DNA from: Octopus vulgaris
Lineage: Eukaryota
Assembly: GCA_951406725.2 (NCBI GenBank)
Contig: OX597818.1
Location: forward strand, 93,062,001 to 93,126,000
Reading direction: 5' to 3'
DNA: 64,000 nucleotides
In this document: positions 43,333-59,124 of the stretch, piece by piece
Layout: each line of letters opens with the position of its first letter
Numbering within the stretch: position 1 is the first letter of the stretch
Translations under genes and position numbers: made by a program
The notes under the pieces: model-generated
Seen by the model: only the letters and a program-made list of their open reading frames with translations
Told to the model about the DNA's origin: nothing
Database searches by the model: none

Positions 43333-45281
43333 TGTATATGTAAACATACATAAATCCACACACACACTCACACACATATATATATATACAATATACACAT
43401 CTCTCTCTCCCTCTCTTTCTGTGTGTGTGCTTATGTGTGTGATGGGTGGGTGCGATTTACCACTGGTTTCTCAAGTCAAAACCACTACCTCTATTAATAC
43501 TTCCACTCACCACCACAATCACCTCGTCCCCACCCACTCACCACCACCACTACCATCACCATCCATAACCACTTGTAACTTATTAATCCATCCATCTATC
43601 TCTACTAGCTGTGTAACTAGAGAATCTACAGTCTAGAAACTTCTCTTGTTCCAGACATTCTTGGGATGCTTCTGTTCCAAAGTCCTATCTACAAATGGCA
43701 AGAATGTTAAGCTTCGTGGGTGGGGAGATGAGATGGTCCTTTACAAAAAAAAAAACAAAACAAAAAAAACAAGGACCCATGTTGATGTTTTTAGGTAAGG
43801 GTTAGGGAACATGGAGATAGATTTAAGAGGGTAGAAATGATATAATTTTTAAGGGTGTTTCCTGTTTTATTCATATTTTTGTGCTTTTTGTTTTGCTTTA
43901 GTTGTTTTTACAGGAAATTAAATTAGGAGTGTGATACTTAATGAAACAGAAAAGCAATTATCTAAGTTCGTATTTTCCCAGATAAATTAAGTATCTTTGA
44001 AAATAATCAAGAAGTATAGAGTTGTTGTTGTTGTTGTTGTTACTACTTTTATTGTTGCAGCTGCAATAATTTTTGTAGTCGTTGTTGTTTTTATTGTTGT
44101 TGTTGTTGTTGCTGTTGCTGTTGCTGTTGCTGTTGAGGGTAGCGGTATTCGTCCCAGAGTGGGAGAAGTCCGAAACGTGGTCCTTTGCTATTCGTAAGAA
44201 CCCGCAGAAAAGAAAGCAGGTCACCCCCCCCCCCCCCGACACCGAGAGCATCGACGGATGGATGAATGCGCATCCAGGCTCAGCGGTTGCGTAGGAAGTC
44301 AGAGACAAGAAACAGGAAGAAAGAGTGAGAGAAAGTTGGGGCGAAAGAGTACAACATGGGTCGCCACCATCCCCTGCCGGAGCTTCGTGGAGCTTTAGGT
44401 GTTTTCGCTCAATAAACACACACAACGCCCGGTCTGGGAATCGAAACCGTGATCCTCCGACCGCGAGTCCGCTGCACTAACCATTGGGACATTGCGCACC
44501 CACTGCTGTTGTTGCTGTTTCTGTTGTTTGTATTATTGTTGCTAATGACTTTGTAGTTGTTGCTGATGATGCTGTTTAATTCCAGACCACTCCTAATCCG
44601 ACATTTATATGATACTGGCATTAAAGACCCGTCGTTGCCGGATCATAGTGCTAGTGCATGTATATATGTGTATATATATGTGTACATATTACATGTACAT
44701 CTATATATATACATCTACACATAAAATACAAAATACAAAGTTATATCTTGATATCGCTAGTGATAACAATACTCAAAATATATAACAGACTGGAATTGTT
44801 AGCCCGTCTCTTGTAATTTCGATCAATTGTATCTTGTCCTCCCTCTTGTATAGAAGTGTGGCTACAATCCAGCCTACCTCTACTTCGGGGGCATTTAAAA
44901 TTTTTTTCCGGAACGTCCTACGTCCCAGATATAAAGGTAAAAATAAAATATTTCCACTTTGCAAGTTCGAGTCGAGTACTCCTTTGCACGTTCCGTTGAC
45001 TCGAACCTTGCTTCTATTGTGGCGAATTTACCGCCTCTGATTAGATACCTTTCATAGTCGCACCAAGACACTTTTCTAAGGTGCTTTCCTCCCTGTGTTC
45101 AAATCCTCTTTTTTCTCTACATTGTATACTTTATAGACAATAGTCTTTTCTTTAATTTAATTTTTTATTATCCATCTGGACTATTCCATTTCTGCACGCT
45201 AATTTTATTTTTAATTTATTCCCATTCATGTGAAACCACTTATTCAAGTTCAAATCATTGATGCAATTTTATACCAATTGC

Positions 45282-45353
<72 letters not shown>

Positions 45354-45641
45354 TTATTATTATTCTCGTCATCATTGTTATCGTTGTCGTTTTCAATGTT
45401 GTTGTTGCTGCTGCTACTGTTGCTGCTGTTTTTTTTTTATTAATCTTGCTTTTGTAAATAAGAGTTATTATTTTCTTAATATTCCATAATCTTTGTACTT
45501 CCATCTGCTACAAGAACTGTGATTAAGCCCGCATACAACCACACCATTGTACACAGCCTTCTTGAAATACAAGCTATATACAAAGTTGTTGATATCAGAT
45601 ATTGTGAAAAAGAAAAAAAATTTTCTCATGATTTAGTTTCA

Positions 45642-45700
<59 letters not shown>

Positions 45701-46274
45701 GTTCATTATTGTGGTTGTTGTGGGAATTCTTGGTAATAGTAGTAGTGGTGATGGTTGTCGTCGTCGTAGTTGTGGTATTTACTGTGACTTGTGACTTTTT
45801 CACTGAGAGCTACTTAGAATATATTTTCTAGAACTACTTAATAATAAAACATAAACATGTCAGAGTATTTAAACGCCCACTCCTTTCTCGTACTCTAAGA
45901 AAATATATATTTCGTTTCTTTATTTCTCTAATAATTTTTATCATATGTACGCATATTTTGGAAACATATTTTGGTTTGTTTATTTGTAATTCAATATGGC
46001 TACCTCTGGGATTGTAGGAGGAACGATAGCCTCGAAATTAGCTGCAGTGAATACGACCATCCGTTGCCAAAGCTTTGAAAACATAAAACGCATTAATAAA
46101 AAAAAAAAGATAAACAGAAAACAGAATGACAATTAAACAAGCAGACAAGTACCAATATAAACATATAGAATTTGACAAGAATAAATGAAAATATGGCGAA
46201 AATGCAAATTTAAATCAAAACAAATCACCAGCAGCAGCAGCAGCAACACCACCGCCACCACCATCACCACCACC

Positions 46275-46317
<43 letters not shown>

Positions 46318-46365
46318 TCAACAACTGCTGTTGCTGCAAGCCTTAAATAAATACTTGATCCACTC

Positions 46366-46900
46366 AACCCAAGATAAAAGAAAATGCATGGAAAAGATAT
46401 GTTACAAAAGTGAGTACCTCTTTACCCGAAGAATTAATCCATGAAAGAGGTGGTATATCGCTGTTTTTCAAAGAACGGGGACGTTTTCCAACGCCATCAA
46501 AACTATTGGAGAAAGTTCTAGCTGAAGTGTGAAAGAACGTAAATTTCCTCAACCGAAGCACAGCATATTGAATGCGCCTATTCTTTAAGACGGAAACGAA
46601 CAGAAAGTCAATGATAGTACGTCACACTGCAAGCTATAAACTGGTACTGTAGGAGAAGACTCTCAGAATTACGAGGATCTTGGTCAAAGATATTAAGTAA
46701 CGAATGTCGATCGTTGGCTTATTGTCATCTTTGTGCAACAGAAACGGAAAATGGAAAGCGCGAGGGTAAGGGGAAGCAACATGTGGCAAAGTGGGTTAAA
46801 GGGCACGCATAGACCTGGCTATCCTTAAAAACCACGATCAGTACTGGACTATCCTGGAGCTCTGTTCTATTAAGAGGGTGGAGAAGAAATCAGTTGGTGG
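46366..46900 (+). pseudogene. possible IS630/Tc1-like transposase relic
   Basis: Residual peptide FFKERGRFPTPSKLLEKV and a later GKGK-like segment. Stops and frameshifts. Confidence 0.3.
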
Positions 46901-47727
46901 TGCAGAACAGAAATCTCAGTTGCGATGTGTGTTGGTAAATGTCGCCTGAGAGCCTACTAGTTTCATAAGAGGAAATGTATCAATTTTAAAATAAGTTAAT
47001 TTCATACAGCAGCAGAGACTGCAAAATCAAAGTGAAAATCATGGCTACTGCTGCTTCTATCACTGATTCCAGAGAACCACAGATCGCAGTGTCGAGGACG
47101 GCAAGTCTACCACAAAGACTCTGATTGACACTAAAGTTTTTTAAATGTTTCGACTTAATTTTAAATAAAGGAGTTCAGATTTAAAACTATAAGGGAGATA
47201 ACTCGTAACAAAATAAGAGAGGCAACTGAATTAAACAGTTCTGAACATTGCAGTCATGAATGTGGAACCAAGTTGGGACGAGATATTATTTTCGTTTAAA
47301 ATTGATAAATGTTATAAGCACAGGTAAGAAAATAACTTTATTTTTGAAAATGAACGCGAACACAGAAGTCAAATCAGGAATAAATAAGCAGAAATGATCT
47401 TTCATTAAGGAAAGGGGGGAACAAATTCCATCAAAGTCACTCGACCATAGTAGGAACGTCAAATCGACTACAGTGTGATTTGAAATGATCACCCCCCCCC
47501 CACCACCACACGCACTTTTAATGTTTGATAAAATGAACATACACATCAAAACCGGTAATATTTTATAAAAATTATTTAATGTAACAAATATAGAACTACT
47601 TATCCTGTCCAATTAAACAATTAAAGGGGAAAATAAGGTAAAAAGAATCCTTAAAGACACTTCTGTGCTGTTTCCCCTTTTCCTTTTTACCTTTCTCTCA
47701 CCCTCTCTCTCCTTCTCACCCTCTCTT

Positions 47728-47839
<112 letters not shown>

Positions 47840-47946
47840 CATATATATATATGCATGCATATATACATATATACATATATGTACATATATACATATATAT
47901 ACATATATACATATATATACATATATGTATATACATATGCATATAT

Positions 47947-48768
<822 letters not shown>

Positions 48769-49063
48769 GTGTGTGTGTGAGTGTGAGTGAGTGTGTGTGA
48801 AGACGTATGACCTAGTGGTAAGGCGTGTGACACTCACGATCGTGAGATCGAGGTTTCGATTCCCAGACCAGCTGCGCGTTATGTTCCAGTCCACTCAGCC
48901 GTATATGGATAATCCTGCGATCAGTGGGGAATGTTGGCCTGCTCGCTTAGCCAGCGGGGTGGCAACATTCGAAAGCTAAAACGATGCAAAGCACATTGTG
49001 ACCAGCGATGTATAACAACCTCCAATAGTCTGGTCGATCACGTGATACGTGTATGTGTGTGTC

Positions 49064-49103
<40 letters not shown>

Positions 49104-49776
49104 TGTGTCTGTGCGTGTGTGTGTGTTTGTACCCACAACACTGCTTGAGAACCGGTGTTGATGTGTTTACGTCGCCGTAATTTAGCGGTTCAGCAGAAAG
49201 AAATCCCCCAGAGGCTTAAGAAAAATAATTACTGGGGGCGATTCGTTCGACTAAAATTCTGTAAGGCTGTACCACAATATGGCCGCAGTCTTTTGATTGA
49301 AGCAAGTAAAAGATAAAAATGAAAAGTAAAAGTAATAACATAGTCAGAACAGGACTAAACAGAACAGGGGGATACACGTGGGATGGAAGAGTCACTGAAG
49401 ATGTGAAATTGGAAGTAAAATGAAATAAGAACAACAATAAACGAATGAAGGACGAATATACGGTATAGTGCATGTGTTTATTTGGCTATAAGGGAAAAAA
49501 ATGAGTCCCAAAATATAACAAGAATGATATAATTCGTTTTTGGATTTGGCTTGCAAGATTCTTTATGTGAGTTCGTGTGTTGAAGACCATTGAAAATGTT
49601 GCAAGATGCAACGAAAATTTTAGGAAGATAAAAATAAGTGGAAATTTTACCGGTAGGTGTAAAAGAAACTATCTCCAGACACAACAGAATAATGACATAG
49701 TTATTTCCCTTATTGTAGGAGTCGCCTCCCTTAATAGGAAACATTTTCAAACAAGTTCTAAATGAAGTTTTTTATA

Positions 49777-50287
49777 CCGTAAATTTTCGAGTATAATCCG
49801 CCCTTGAGCAGGGGATTTTAGGGGGCTGTAACTCTGAAAAATCTAAACCTTGTGTATAATACGCACCCCTTCTCTAACTTGAGTCAAGGAGGTCTATATA
49901 ATGTCCTTGGTTTGTAAAAATGTATGCGATAACGTCCTTTATTATTATTATTATTATTGTATATATAACATAATGCAAACGTGTAGCTTTTTTGTGCATT
50001 TTGTTTGCAGAAAATAAAGAAATAACAGTAATAACGTTTAATAAATGTTGCTTACTGTGAGTTATAGATAATTCTTTTATGACTTCATTGCTTTCAGGCT
50101 TAGTTTAAGGTATTTTCGCGGCCGACATCATAAAATGCGTCTAAATAAACATTGCCGGACAGCAAATAGAGACTCGGACATTGCTTAAAAAATCATTTTC
50201 ATTTTTAACCTCGTAAATAATACGCAGTAAGGATTTTGACCTTTAAATTTTGTGAAAAAAACGCGCATTATACTCGAGGATTTACGG
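49777..50287. mobile_element. pogo/Tigger-like MITE
   Basis: TIRs CCGTAAATTTTCGAGTATAA / TTATACTCGAGGATTTACGG, with TA at the left flank. Confidence 0.75.
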
Positions 50288-50757
50288 TGTATCAGATTAA
50301 AGATCTTACAACAGTTATATGCTTGGAAAATAATTCTTTCCGATTTAAGAATTAGGTTAGCAATTTTGAAGGCGTGGCACAAATCGATAACCTTAATCTC
50401 CCGTACTTGACTGATGCTTTATTTTATCTATTCTGAAGGAAGGAAAAGCAAAATTAACCTCTGCAGGGTTTGAACTCAGAATGTAAGGAGCCGCAGCAAA
50501 GGCCGGCACTTCACTTTCAGACATTTTTCTGACGCTCGGCCAATTCTACTAGTTTGTTGCCTTATATACTTCTGTGAGGTTAAGAACCTCGCTTTCTAAT
50601 CATGTGGTTTCGAGATCAGTTCCACAGCGTAACACCTTGACCCAAGGTCTTGTGAGTAAATTTCGTAGCTGCAACTGTGTGAAGAATCCCAATGTGTGGA
50701 TCGTTGGCAATTTTTTCCCTCCATCTTCCTTTTCTCTTGGACTCTCCTACGTCTCCT

Positions 50758-50792
50758 GTTTCTGACGAAGTGCTTTGCTCGAAACATAAAAC
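50758..50792 (+). ncRNA. minimal type I hammerhead motif (decayed)
   Basis: GUUU-CUGACGA-a-gugc uuu gcuc-GAAA-CA-UA-AAAC. ACAU is probably a CpG-decayed ACGU palindrome. Confidence 0.5.
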
Positions 50793-51543
50793 TACCTTTC
50801 TTCCCTTTTCTGAGCGTCTGCTAATACTTTGCATGTACCACGACCCCCCGTCCCCCAAGCTTACATCAGATTCCAAAATGCCGTCCCAATAAAAATGTTG
50901 CCCAGAACGGTCCGCTTCCTTCACCCACACCTCCCAGATACATTACTGGGTGGAACTCATTCCGCTTCAGGTTTGACCTCAGCTGATTTCTTCCAAAAAG
51001 AAGGTCAAACTGAAAGAAAGTGGAAGAGAAAGAGTCTGATCAACTTCTGTACAAAGCAAATACTTTATTTATCGATGCTGAAAAGTTAAAATACAAAGTC
51101 GACCTCATTAGAATTTGAACTTAAATTGCAGGGAGGTTTAACGAATACTCCGAATGGAATTATCTCGGTGCTTTAGCAACTCAGCTAAGTTGCCGCGCAC
51201 TTAATAACCCTCATGTCAGATAAAATACCACTCAGGATATTTGAACCAGATAACCCCTCTCATTTGCATAGTTTATCCGCCTTATAAAAGACTAATTTAT
51301 ATCTGTTATCTTTTATCTTTTATTTGTTTCAGCCATTTGACGCGATCATGCTGTAAGTTATAGAGATGTAAACAAACCAACAAGCGGTGTGGGGTGACAA
51401 AGAATCACACACGTGCGCGCGTATGCACACACACACACACACTCACTCACGCACGCACACATGTATGTAAGCATGTATGCATGTATGTATGTATGTATGT
51501 ATGTATGTATGTATGTATGTATGTATGTATGTATGTATGTATG

Positions 51544-52519
51544 TGTAGAACGACCGTGCGAAAGGAGAGGTGACGAATAAATGACTTCTTTAATACATCA
51601 CACGGTCGCTTACAATAAAAGTAAAAATGGATAAATGAGTATGAGTACCAGAAGGAAATAAAAACGATAGAACCGTAGAATGTTAAGAGAAAGGTTTTAT
51701 TTACGTGTTAGCAGAGTGTGTGTCTGTGTGTGCGACATAAGTACATATATAATAATAATAACAATAGACAGGCCGTCATGCATACATAATGTGTATGTGT
51801 GTACAAATAAGGGTGTATGCATGAGATAAAATACAGAGCATAGAAATAGTCTATAACAGGAGGCTAGAAGTTCAGACACAATGAAGATAAATACCAGTTC
51901 GTAGTAAAGTACACAATAGTTGAAGTTCTGTAACAAGAAGTTGTGGCAACAATGCAGAGCCGGTTGAATCACGTGTCGTGTAAGCGGTTGTGGCTACTAT
52001 GCTGTGCCGGTTACTTTATACAGGAAGATCTCGCAGGTTGAGGTTCCTGTTAACCACAGTGAATTAATTCACAAGCAGCGAGGAGTTAAACCTGAGCGAA
52101 TGTTGCTGTGTACGTAGAGATGTTGTTGGCGTCGATAAGATGAAGGCGACGGTGATGGAGATCCTGAATGCCGCTAGACGAAGTGTTGATGTTTCTCTGT
52201 GTTGTTGCGAGTGTAGTCGCTGGAACTGGTTGAGTGCTCTGTGGTCAGTGGTTAGACCTTAGAAGGTCTAGAACCAAAGACGAAATACAGTTTGTTGATC
52301 TAGCTTTTTATAGGAACTAGGAGGCTCCAAACGGAGATTTAGAAGAGTGTGTCACGGGACCTTATCAGAAGGTTGCGATTAGTTGGGTCGCATATTGCCA
52401 CGTAATACAGCAAGAGACAAATTGCGCCAATACCAACCAATCAGAGTAGTGGACACAACAGGGTCCAAGCGACCGAAGGTTAGTTGTTATCTGCTACGTC
52501 CGTATTTATGTTATATATA

Positions 52520-52554
<35 letters not shown>

Positions 52555-52575
52555 ATTTCACCAAGCGTCCGCTAC

Positions 52576-52576
<1 letters not shown>
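51544..52576 (-). mobile_element. solo LTR (Gypsy-like) inserted in the (TATG)n of a family-A SINE
   Basis: TGTAG...CTACA termini, TATG on both sides, CCAAT box (about 52437), minus-strand TATAAAA (about 52312), ATTAAA near the 3' end. SINE halves at about 51310-51540 and 52660-52820. Confidence 0.7.
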
Positions 52577-52606
<30 letters not shown>

Positions 52607-53049
52607 TGTACGTATGTACGTATGTATGTATGTATGTATGTATGTATGTATGTATGCATGTTTTTTACGACAGGCTTCCACACGGTTTCCGTCGACCAGA
52701 ATTCACTCACAAGGCATTAATTGGCTCGAGGCTATAGAAGAAGACACTTGCCCCAAATACTGTGCTGTGGGACTGAACCTGAAACCACATGAGTGCAACG
52801 CCAGCTTCTTAACCACAAAAATAAATTCCTATAGCTCAAAGTCGGATTCAGATAAAGTGAGGCCCTAGACATTTTTCACTTGGAAAGACCGTCTCAATTT
52901 CTCACCTTCATGACTAGAATTATATAAACACCCTAACCAGAGGTTCCTTACATTTTGAGGCACTTATCTTCAGCAAGCCAAACCAATAGGTAAATCCAGT
53001 AATGAGCTCAGTCAGTCTAGTTGTTGTTAAAGAACCATTTGGTGGCTAC

Positions 53050-55286
53050 TAAAGGTATATCAGGTTCTCTGAAGCAGATGTAAAGTTGCTTTTCACTTTG
53101 AAACGTTGTCCCTGTTTGAAGGAGAACTCTGATCTCTCAATTAAATTGACGCATATCCCACTGTTGGGTCTTCCGCATTTTTTTACTGACGGCTTCTGTG
53201 TTGTTGTTGAGCGTATTCGGGCTTGTATTGGGAGACTTTTTATTGATTTGGGTTGTCACTTGCTTTTTATGGTGGTGTGTGTTTGGAGGATTAAGTTCTG
53301 TGGTCCTTTTTTAGCAGGGAATGTTTTGAAGGATGGTGTCGAAGGCTTCATTGTTGAGAGGGTTGTGTGTGGAGATGTATGGTAGGGCTTTTGGTTGTAA
53401 ATCTTTCTTTAATTTGGGATGTCTGAGTTCCTGGATGTTGAGTTGAAGGGCTAGTTGAAAGCATATGTCAATTAGTGAAGGTGGGTAGTTCCTGGTGTTA
53501 GGTGTATCCTTTAGTTCATGTAGTCGTGTGTCTCTGGTGTTTGCATTAGAAACTATAGTACATATCCTTTTTGCTAGGTTGAAGGGAATCATTCTGGTGT
53601 ATCTGGGGCGGCATGAGTTGTACGGTAGATATTGTTTGGAGTCCGTAGGCTTATAGTATATATCTGTTTCTATTACGTTGTTAGATTTCTTAATGAGGAT
53701 GTCGAAGAAGGGAAGTTGTTGCTGGCTATATTCCATCGTGAATTTAATGTTTATGTCAAGTCCATTTATAAGTGCTTGGAATTCTTTAAGTTTCTCTATA
53801 TTTTCATGCCAAAGAATGAAACAGTCATCCAGGTATCTCTTCCAGTTATATTCCACGTAGAGGGAGAATGGGCTGCCGTATTTTTCTAGAACCTTACGAT
53901 AAAGACTAATTTCTAAGACTAATGACTAGGTTAGCAAAGGAGGGGGCCATTCTCGTACCCATCGCAGTCCCTGATTTTTGTCGGTAGAAGTTGTCTAGTT
54001 ATTTTCCAGGATGAATTTTAGCCCTTCTATCACGAATTCTTTTTTGATGCGATGTGGGAGTTCGTTGGCGAAATACTCTAGCCAGAATTGAATTGCATCT
54101 ATTCCTAGGTTGTGAGGGATATTGGAATAGAGGTTGATTACATCGAAGAATACTAGTAGGGTGTTTTTGTTTATTATTTTAGGAAGGTGATTGAGCATAT
54201 CCAGGTCGTCCCTTTTGACATGCTTGAGGAATGGTTTTAAGAAGGTATCTAAAAAGGTCATTAGGAGTAGGGATTTTGATTATTATGTCTGTGGTTATCT
54301 TGCATGCGTTACTTATTTTCTCACTTTTGTGTATCTTGGGAATTCCGTAGAATTGACTGGTTTTACTTTTGAAATTGGTCATATAGTCATATTTTTTGTC
54401 GGTGAGCCCTTCTTTGTATAGGTTTAACATGGATTTTAGGTCTCTCATTACTTTCTGCTGACTGTAGCGTTGGGCCTTTTCATAATATGTTGTATCTTCC
54501 AAAATGGATCGTGTCCATTAAGACAACTGTACTCCCTTTATCTGCCTCTTTGATTGTTATTGTTTTGTCATCTTTTAATTTGTTCAGCTCAGCCCATTCT
54601 TTTTTGCTGAAGTTTGGTTTGTGCTTTTGTTTGTGCATATGTTGATATGGGTAATTCGTGATGTGTTCACAGAAATGATCAAGAGTTTTGTTCTTACCTT
54701 TTGAGGGGGTGTAGTTACTTCTATTTCGGACCAACGATTCGTCCTCGTTGTGTTTGTCGAATAGCTCCTCAGCGAGTCGTAATTTTCTACAGAATTCCGA
54801 GATATCTTCTTTCATTTCATTGTAGTTGGGGTGTTGTGGGGTGGGTGTAAACTTGAGCCCTTTGGAGAGTATATTGATTTGGTTTGCTGTTAGTTCTTTG
54901 TGAGTTAGATTGATAATTTTTATCACTTTTGGTTCCGCCTGCATATTCGGTGCTATCTTGTGTCTCTGTGTTTGCGTATTGGGTCTAAAAAATGAATGCG
55001 GTGGTTGGGACGGTAGCTATTATGTAGTTGTTCCTTGTTGTTGATGGGTACCCTGTTGTGATTTACGGTGTGGGTTCTTGGAACGGTATTGAAAAGTGTG
55101 TCCTGATATCCCACGTTCGGATGAATGTGGTGTTTTAGGAATGTGTCGTTGATAATTATTGCGTGTGGTGCGGGTTTGTTGTGCATGGTTGTTTTGTAGA
55201 TTGTTGGAACGAAAATTTCGTTGGTAACTCCTTATGGGGTGGGGTTGCAACGTCTATTCTGCGGGTAGTAATTTTTCCTTTCTCTT

Positions 55287-55290
<4 letters not shown>
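53050..55290 (-). mobile_element. degenerate Penelope-like element, Neptune-type RT (frameshifted, truncated at the start of GIY-YIG)
   Basis: LSKGLKFTPTP, IKEADKGSTVV, FYGIPKIHK, DVINLYSNIPH, GTAMGTRMAP, WKRYLDDCF, LPFFDI, YYKPTD, then the Cys linker CGRPN...NLIY. Confidence 0.9.
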
Positions 55291-55311
<21 letters not shown>

Positions 55312-55319
<8 letters not shown>

Positions 55320-56045
55320 TGATATAATGAAGGACATTATTGTATACAGTGCTCAGGTGCACAACAAAAAGAGGTCATCAGGTGTAATGTTGGCGGATTT
55401 CAGGAAGCATGGAAGTTTTGAAGGATGTAGTGTGTCGACATCTAACAACTGATGCGGGTAGTTTATTCATGCTTCAGCAATTCTGAGTGTAAAATATGTT
55501 TCCGAAAGTCATGGGTGCTCTGTTGATTTTTGATTTTATAAGCATGTCTGCGAGTGTTGTCATATGAAATTCAAAAAGGTGCCCAAAGTTGTTATTGGAA
55601 AGATGGTGGATAATATTGTGGGTGTCTACCAAGTCAGTTGCCAGACGTCTGAGTTTCAATGCATCTATCCCCAGGGAAGCAAGATGTTCAGAGTATGGTA
55701 GTTGTCTTACGGCGGGTATTCGTTTTGTTGCACGTTTCTGAACAGTTTTCAGGAGATTTATATACTTAGCAATATAGCGGGTCCAGAATGATGATGTAAA
55801 TTCCAAGTGTGGACGTACCATAGTCGTATACAATCTTAAATAGAAAGCCGGAGAGCGGCTAACAAAGTTCTTACTGAGTTTTTCTAGCACCCCGTCAGCT
55901 TTCTTGAAAATCTTAGAGATTTGGTTTGTCCAACGCAGATCGTTGTGTACAATAATGCCCAAATCACGTCCGCTAGAAGACTTCTTGAGATTAGTGTTGC
56001 CGAGGGAGTATGTAAAGGCTGGATTTTTTCCTCCCAAAATGCATG
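55312..56045 (-). mobile_element. CR1/L2-clade LINE 3' fragment
   Basis: RDLGIIV...LRW, LYTTMVRPHLEF, VQKRATKRIP, LPYSEHLASLG...RRLATDL. Confidence 0.85.
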
Positions 56046-56174
56046 GTCTTTATAGTTGGGTAGGCCGCTTTATGGGGTTACCCTGGGTTTCTCGCTCATA
56101 AGGGGTTTAGCTTACGGCGTATTAACTGCTCTGCATCTTGGAGTGTGCTTCTCCTTCGGATTTATGTATTTCTA

Positions 56175-56848
56175 CAAACCCCCCCTTCAACCGTGAGGTC
56201 GCTACACCTGTAGCTAAAATCTTCTTCACTCTCCTACAGAAACACTTCCCCACCCAACATAAGTACTACACTATCCTAAATAAGAACACTATTAGACTCT
56301 CCTACTCTACCACGCCCAATCTAGCCAGGAACCTAGCCAACAACAATGTGAAAAAACTTAATATATCTACTTTTTCCGAGGCCCATCCAACGTCTGATAG
56401 CAATTGCAACTGCCCTGATAAAACCACCTGCCCCCTCAACAACAACTGCCTACAGAGGGACCTAGGATATACATGCGAGGTAAGATCAGGCCCTGATGAT
56501 AAAAGAAAATCCTACATCGGAATGACGTCAAACAGCTTTAAGACCCGTTGGTACGCCCACACACACTCGTTCCGGCGACCGGATAAATCCAACCAAACTA
56601 CCCTCGCCGACCACATCTGGTACCTTAAAAGGAACTCCATCCCCTTCAAGACCAAGTGGAAACTACTACAGAAGGCGCGTTCGTACACAGGAGGCCATAC
56701 CTGCTGTGACCTTTGCATTTCGGAGAGCCTAGAGATCTTGTTCGCCAAAGGCCCTCTTCTTAACAAGATCTCAGAACACTCCCCAAATTGCATGCATAAG
56801 AATTATGCAAACTACAAGAACTATAGACCTACCCGGCAACCAGATTGA
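56175..56848 (+). mobile_element. Penelope-like element C-terminus: thumb/linker plus GIY-YIG endonuclease (Naiad-like)
   Basis: Uninterrupted frame NPPFN...KHFP...SYS..PN, CNC.....CPL...C, GY...YIG, R...H, C.LC..E, LLN. Confidence 0.85.
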
Positions 56849-56929
56849 TGACACCCCACCCACAAACCCCCCCAATCCCACCGTTCCCCTAGCACCCCCG
56901 ATTACCTTTTCTCCTAAGACCTTTCACAT

Positions 56930-57338
56930 ATTGTATGTGTACGCTTGTATATGTGTATCGTATATATGTATAGAAATGTATGGGTATAGTAAGAATATAC
57001 GCATGTATTATGTATGTAAAAATATATATATATATGTATGTGTGTGTGTGTGTGTATATATGTATATATGTGTGTATGCATATGTATGTGTATATGAGTG
57101 TGTGTATATACATATGTGTGTGTATATATAAAATATTATATAATTAGGGCTTAGTAAAATAAATTACTTTGCCACATACTGAACTTCCTAGAAATAGCAG
57201 CCAAAAAAGTTTTTTAGCCATTTCCACTACTTAAAGAAAATTTCTCTCAGACAATGTTTACTCAAAAATAATGGTCCTTTTACATACTGAATACTTGGTG
57301 AAATTGATTAATAACTAATTAACTTCACCCTCAATTGT

Positions 57339-57400
<62 letters not shown>

Positions 57401-57738
57401 ATGTGTGTGTGTGTATATATATATATGTGTGTATATATATATTTATATGTATATATATATGTATATATATGTGTATGTGTGTATGTATATATACATATAT
57501 ATATATATATAAGTGTACGCGAGTATGTCGATGTATATGTAGGTATGTAGAGTTATGTGTATGTGCATGTATGTGTGTGTATATACAGATTGTAGATGGG
57601 TATATATATATATGTGTATATATATATGTATATATGTATATATATGCATGTGTGTGTGTATATATATATATATGTATATGTAGGTATGTAGAGTTATACG
57701 TATGTGCATGTGTATATATATGTATATATATATATATA

Positions 57739-57771
<33 letters not shown>

Positions 57772-57854
57772 ATGTATATATATATATATGTGTGTGTGTG
57801 AGTATGTGTGTATATGTATGTATATATGTATATATGTGTGTATGTCTATGTGTG

Positions 57855-57901
<47 letters not shown>

Positions 57902-57933
57902 GTGAATATGTGTGTGTATATGTACATATATAC

Positions 57934-57986
<53 letters not shown>

Positions 57987-58033
57987 TGTGTAAGTGTGTG
58001 TGTGTGTATGAGTATGTATGTATGTATGCACAC

Positions 58034-58085
<52 letters not shown>

Positions 58086-58172
58086 ATATATGTGTGTATG
58101 TATATGTATGTGTGTGTGTATATATATATGTGTGTGTGTATGTGTGTATATGTATATGTATGTATGTGTATG

Positions 58173-58219
<47 letters not shown>

Positions 58220-58252
58220 ATGTGTATGTGTGTGTATGTATATGTATGTATG

Positions 58253-58307
<55 letters not shown>

Positions 58308-58456
58308 GTGTGTGTGTGTGTATGTATATGTATGTATGTATGTGTGTGTATGTGTATGTGTATATGTACATATACGTGTACGCTCGTGTGTTTATGTATA
58401 TGTAGGTACGTAGAGTTATGTATGTGTGTATGTATATGTACATATGTGTAAGTATG

Positions 58457-58508
<52 letters not shown>

Positions 58509-58987
58509 GTGTGTAAGTTTATATGTATGTATCCGTCTGTATAATAGGTCACTGCACGTATATATACTTAATATTTATTATTTATTTTTTGAGTATGTAT
58601 GTATGTATATGAATAACTGCACGTATATATATTTTATTATTTATTTTTTGAGTATGCATGTAAGTATATGAACATAAGGAGGCGCGTGTGTGTGTGTGTA
58701 TGTGTAAGCATAGGTATAGATATATGTATACTTTTACGCTTGGGTGTACTTATGTGTATATATGGATGCGCGTGTGTGTGTGTGTGTGTGTGTATGGGTA
58801 CGCATGTATATGTGTATGTGTGTGTATGTGTATATGTGTATGTATGTGTGAGTGTGTGCGTTTATGTGTGTGTGTTTGTGTATGTACTTGAGAGGGTATA
58901 TATATATATATGTATATATATATGTATATATATATATATATAGGTATGTATCTGTATGTAGGAGTATATATGTGTGTGTGTGTATGT

Positions 58988-59019
<32 letters not shown>

Positions 59020-59070
59020 TTATTGGTGTATATGTATAGACTAGCATATATGCATACATACACACACGCA

Positions 59071-59124
<54 letters not shown>

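Noticed and set aside
47138-47186. Minus-strand CUGAAC...GAAAC flanked by UUUAAAU pairing
   Set aside because: The core lacks G8-A9 and NUH, and the AT-rich pairing is expected by chance.
55370-55405. CUGAUGA on the minus strand
   Set aside because: It lies in the CR1 3' end with no matching stems.
56138-56950. Selenocysteine/SECIS in the Naiad-like element
   Set aside because: There is no in-frame UGA within the domain and no recognisable SECIS. The terminal UGA-UGA follows the expected C-terminus.
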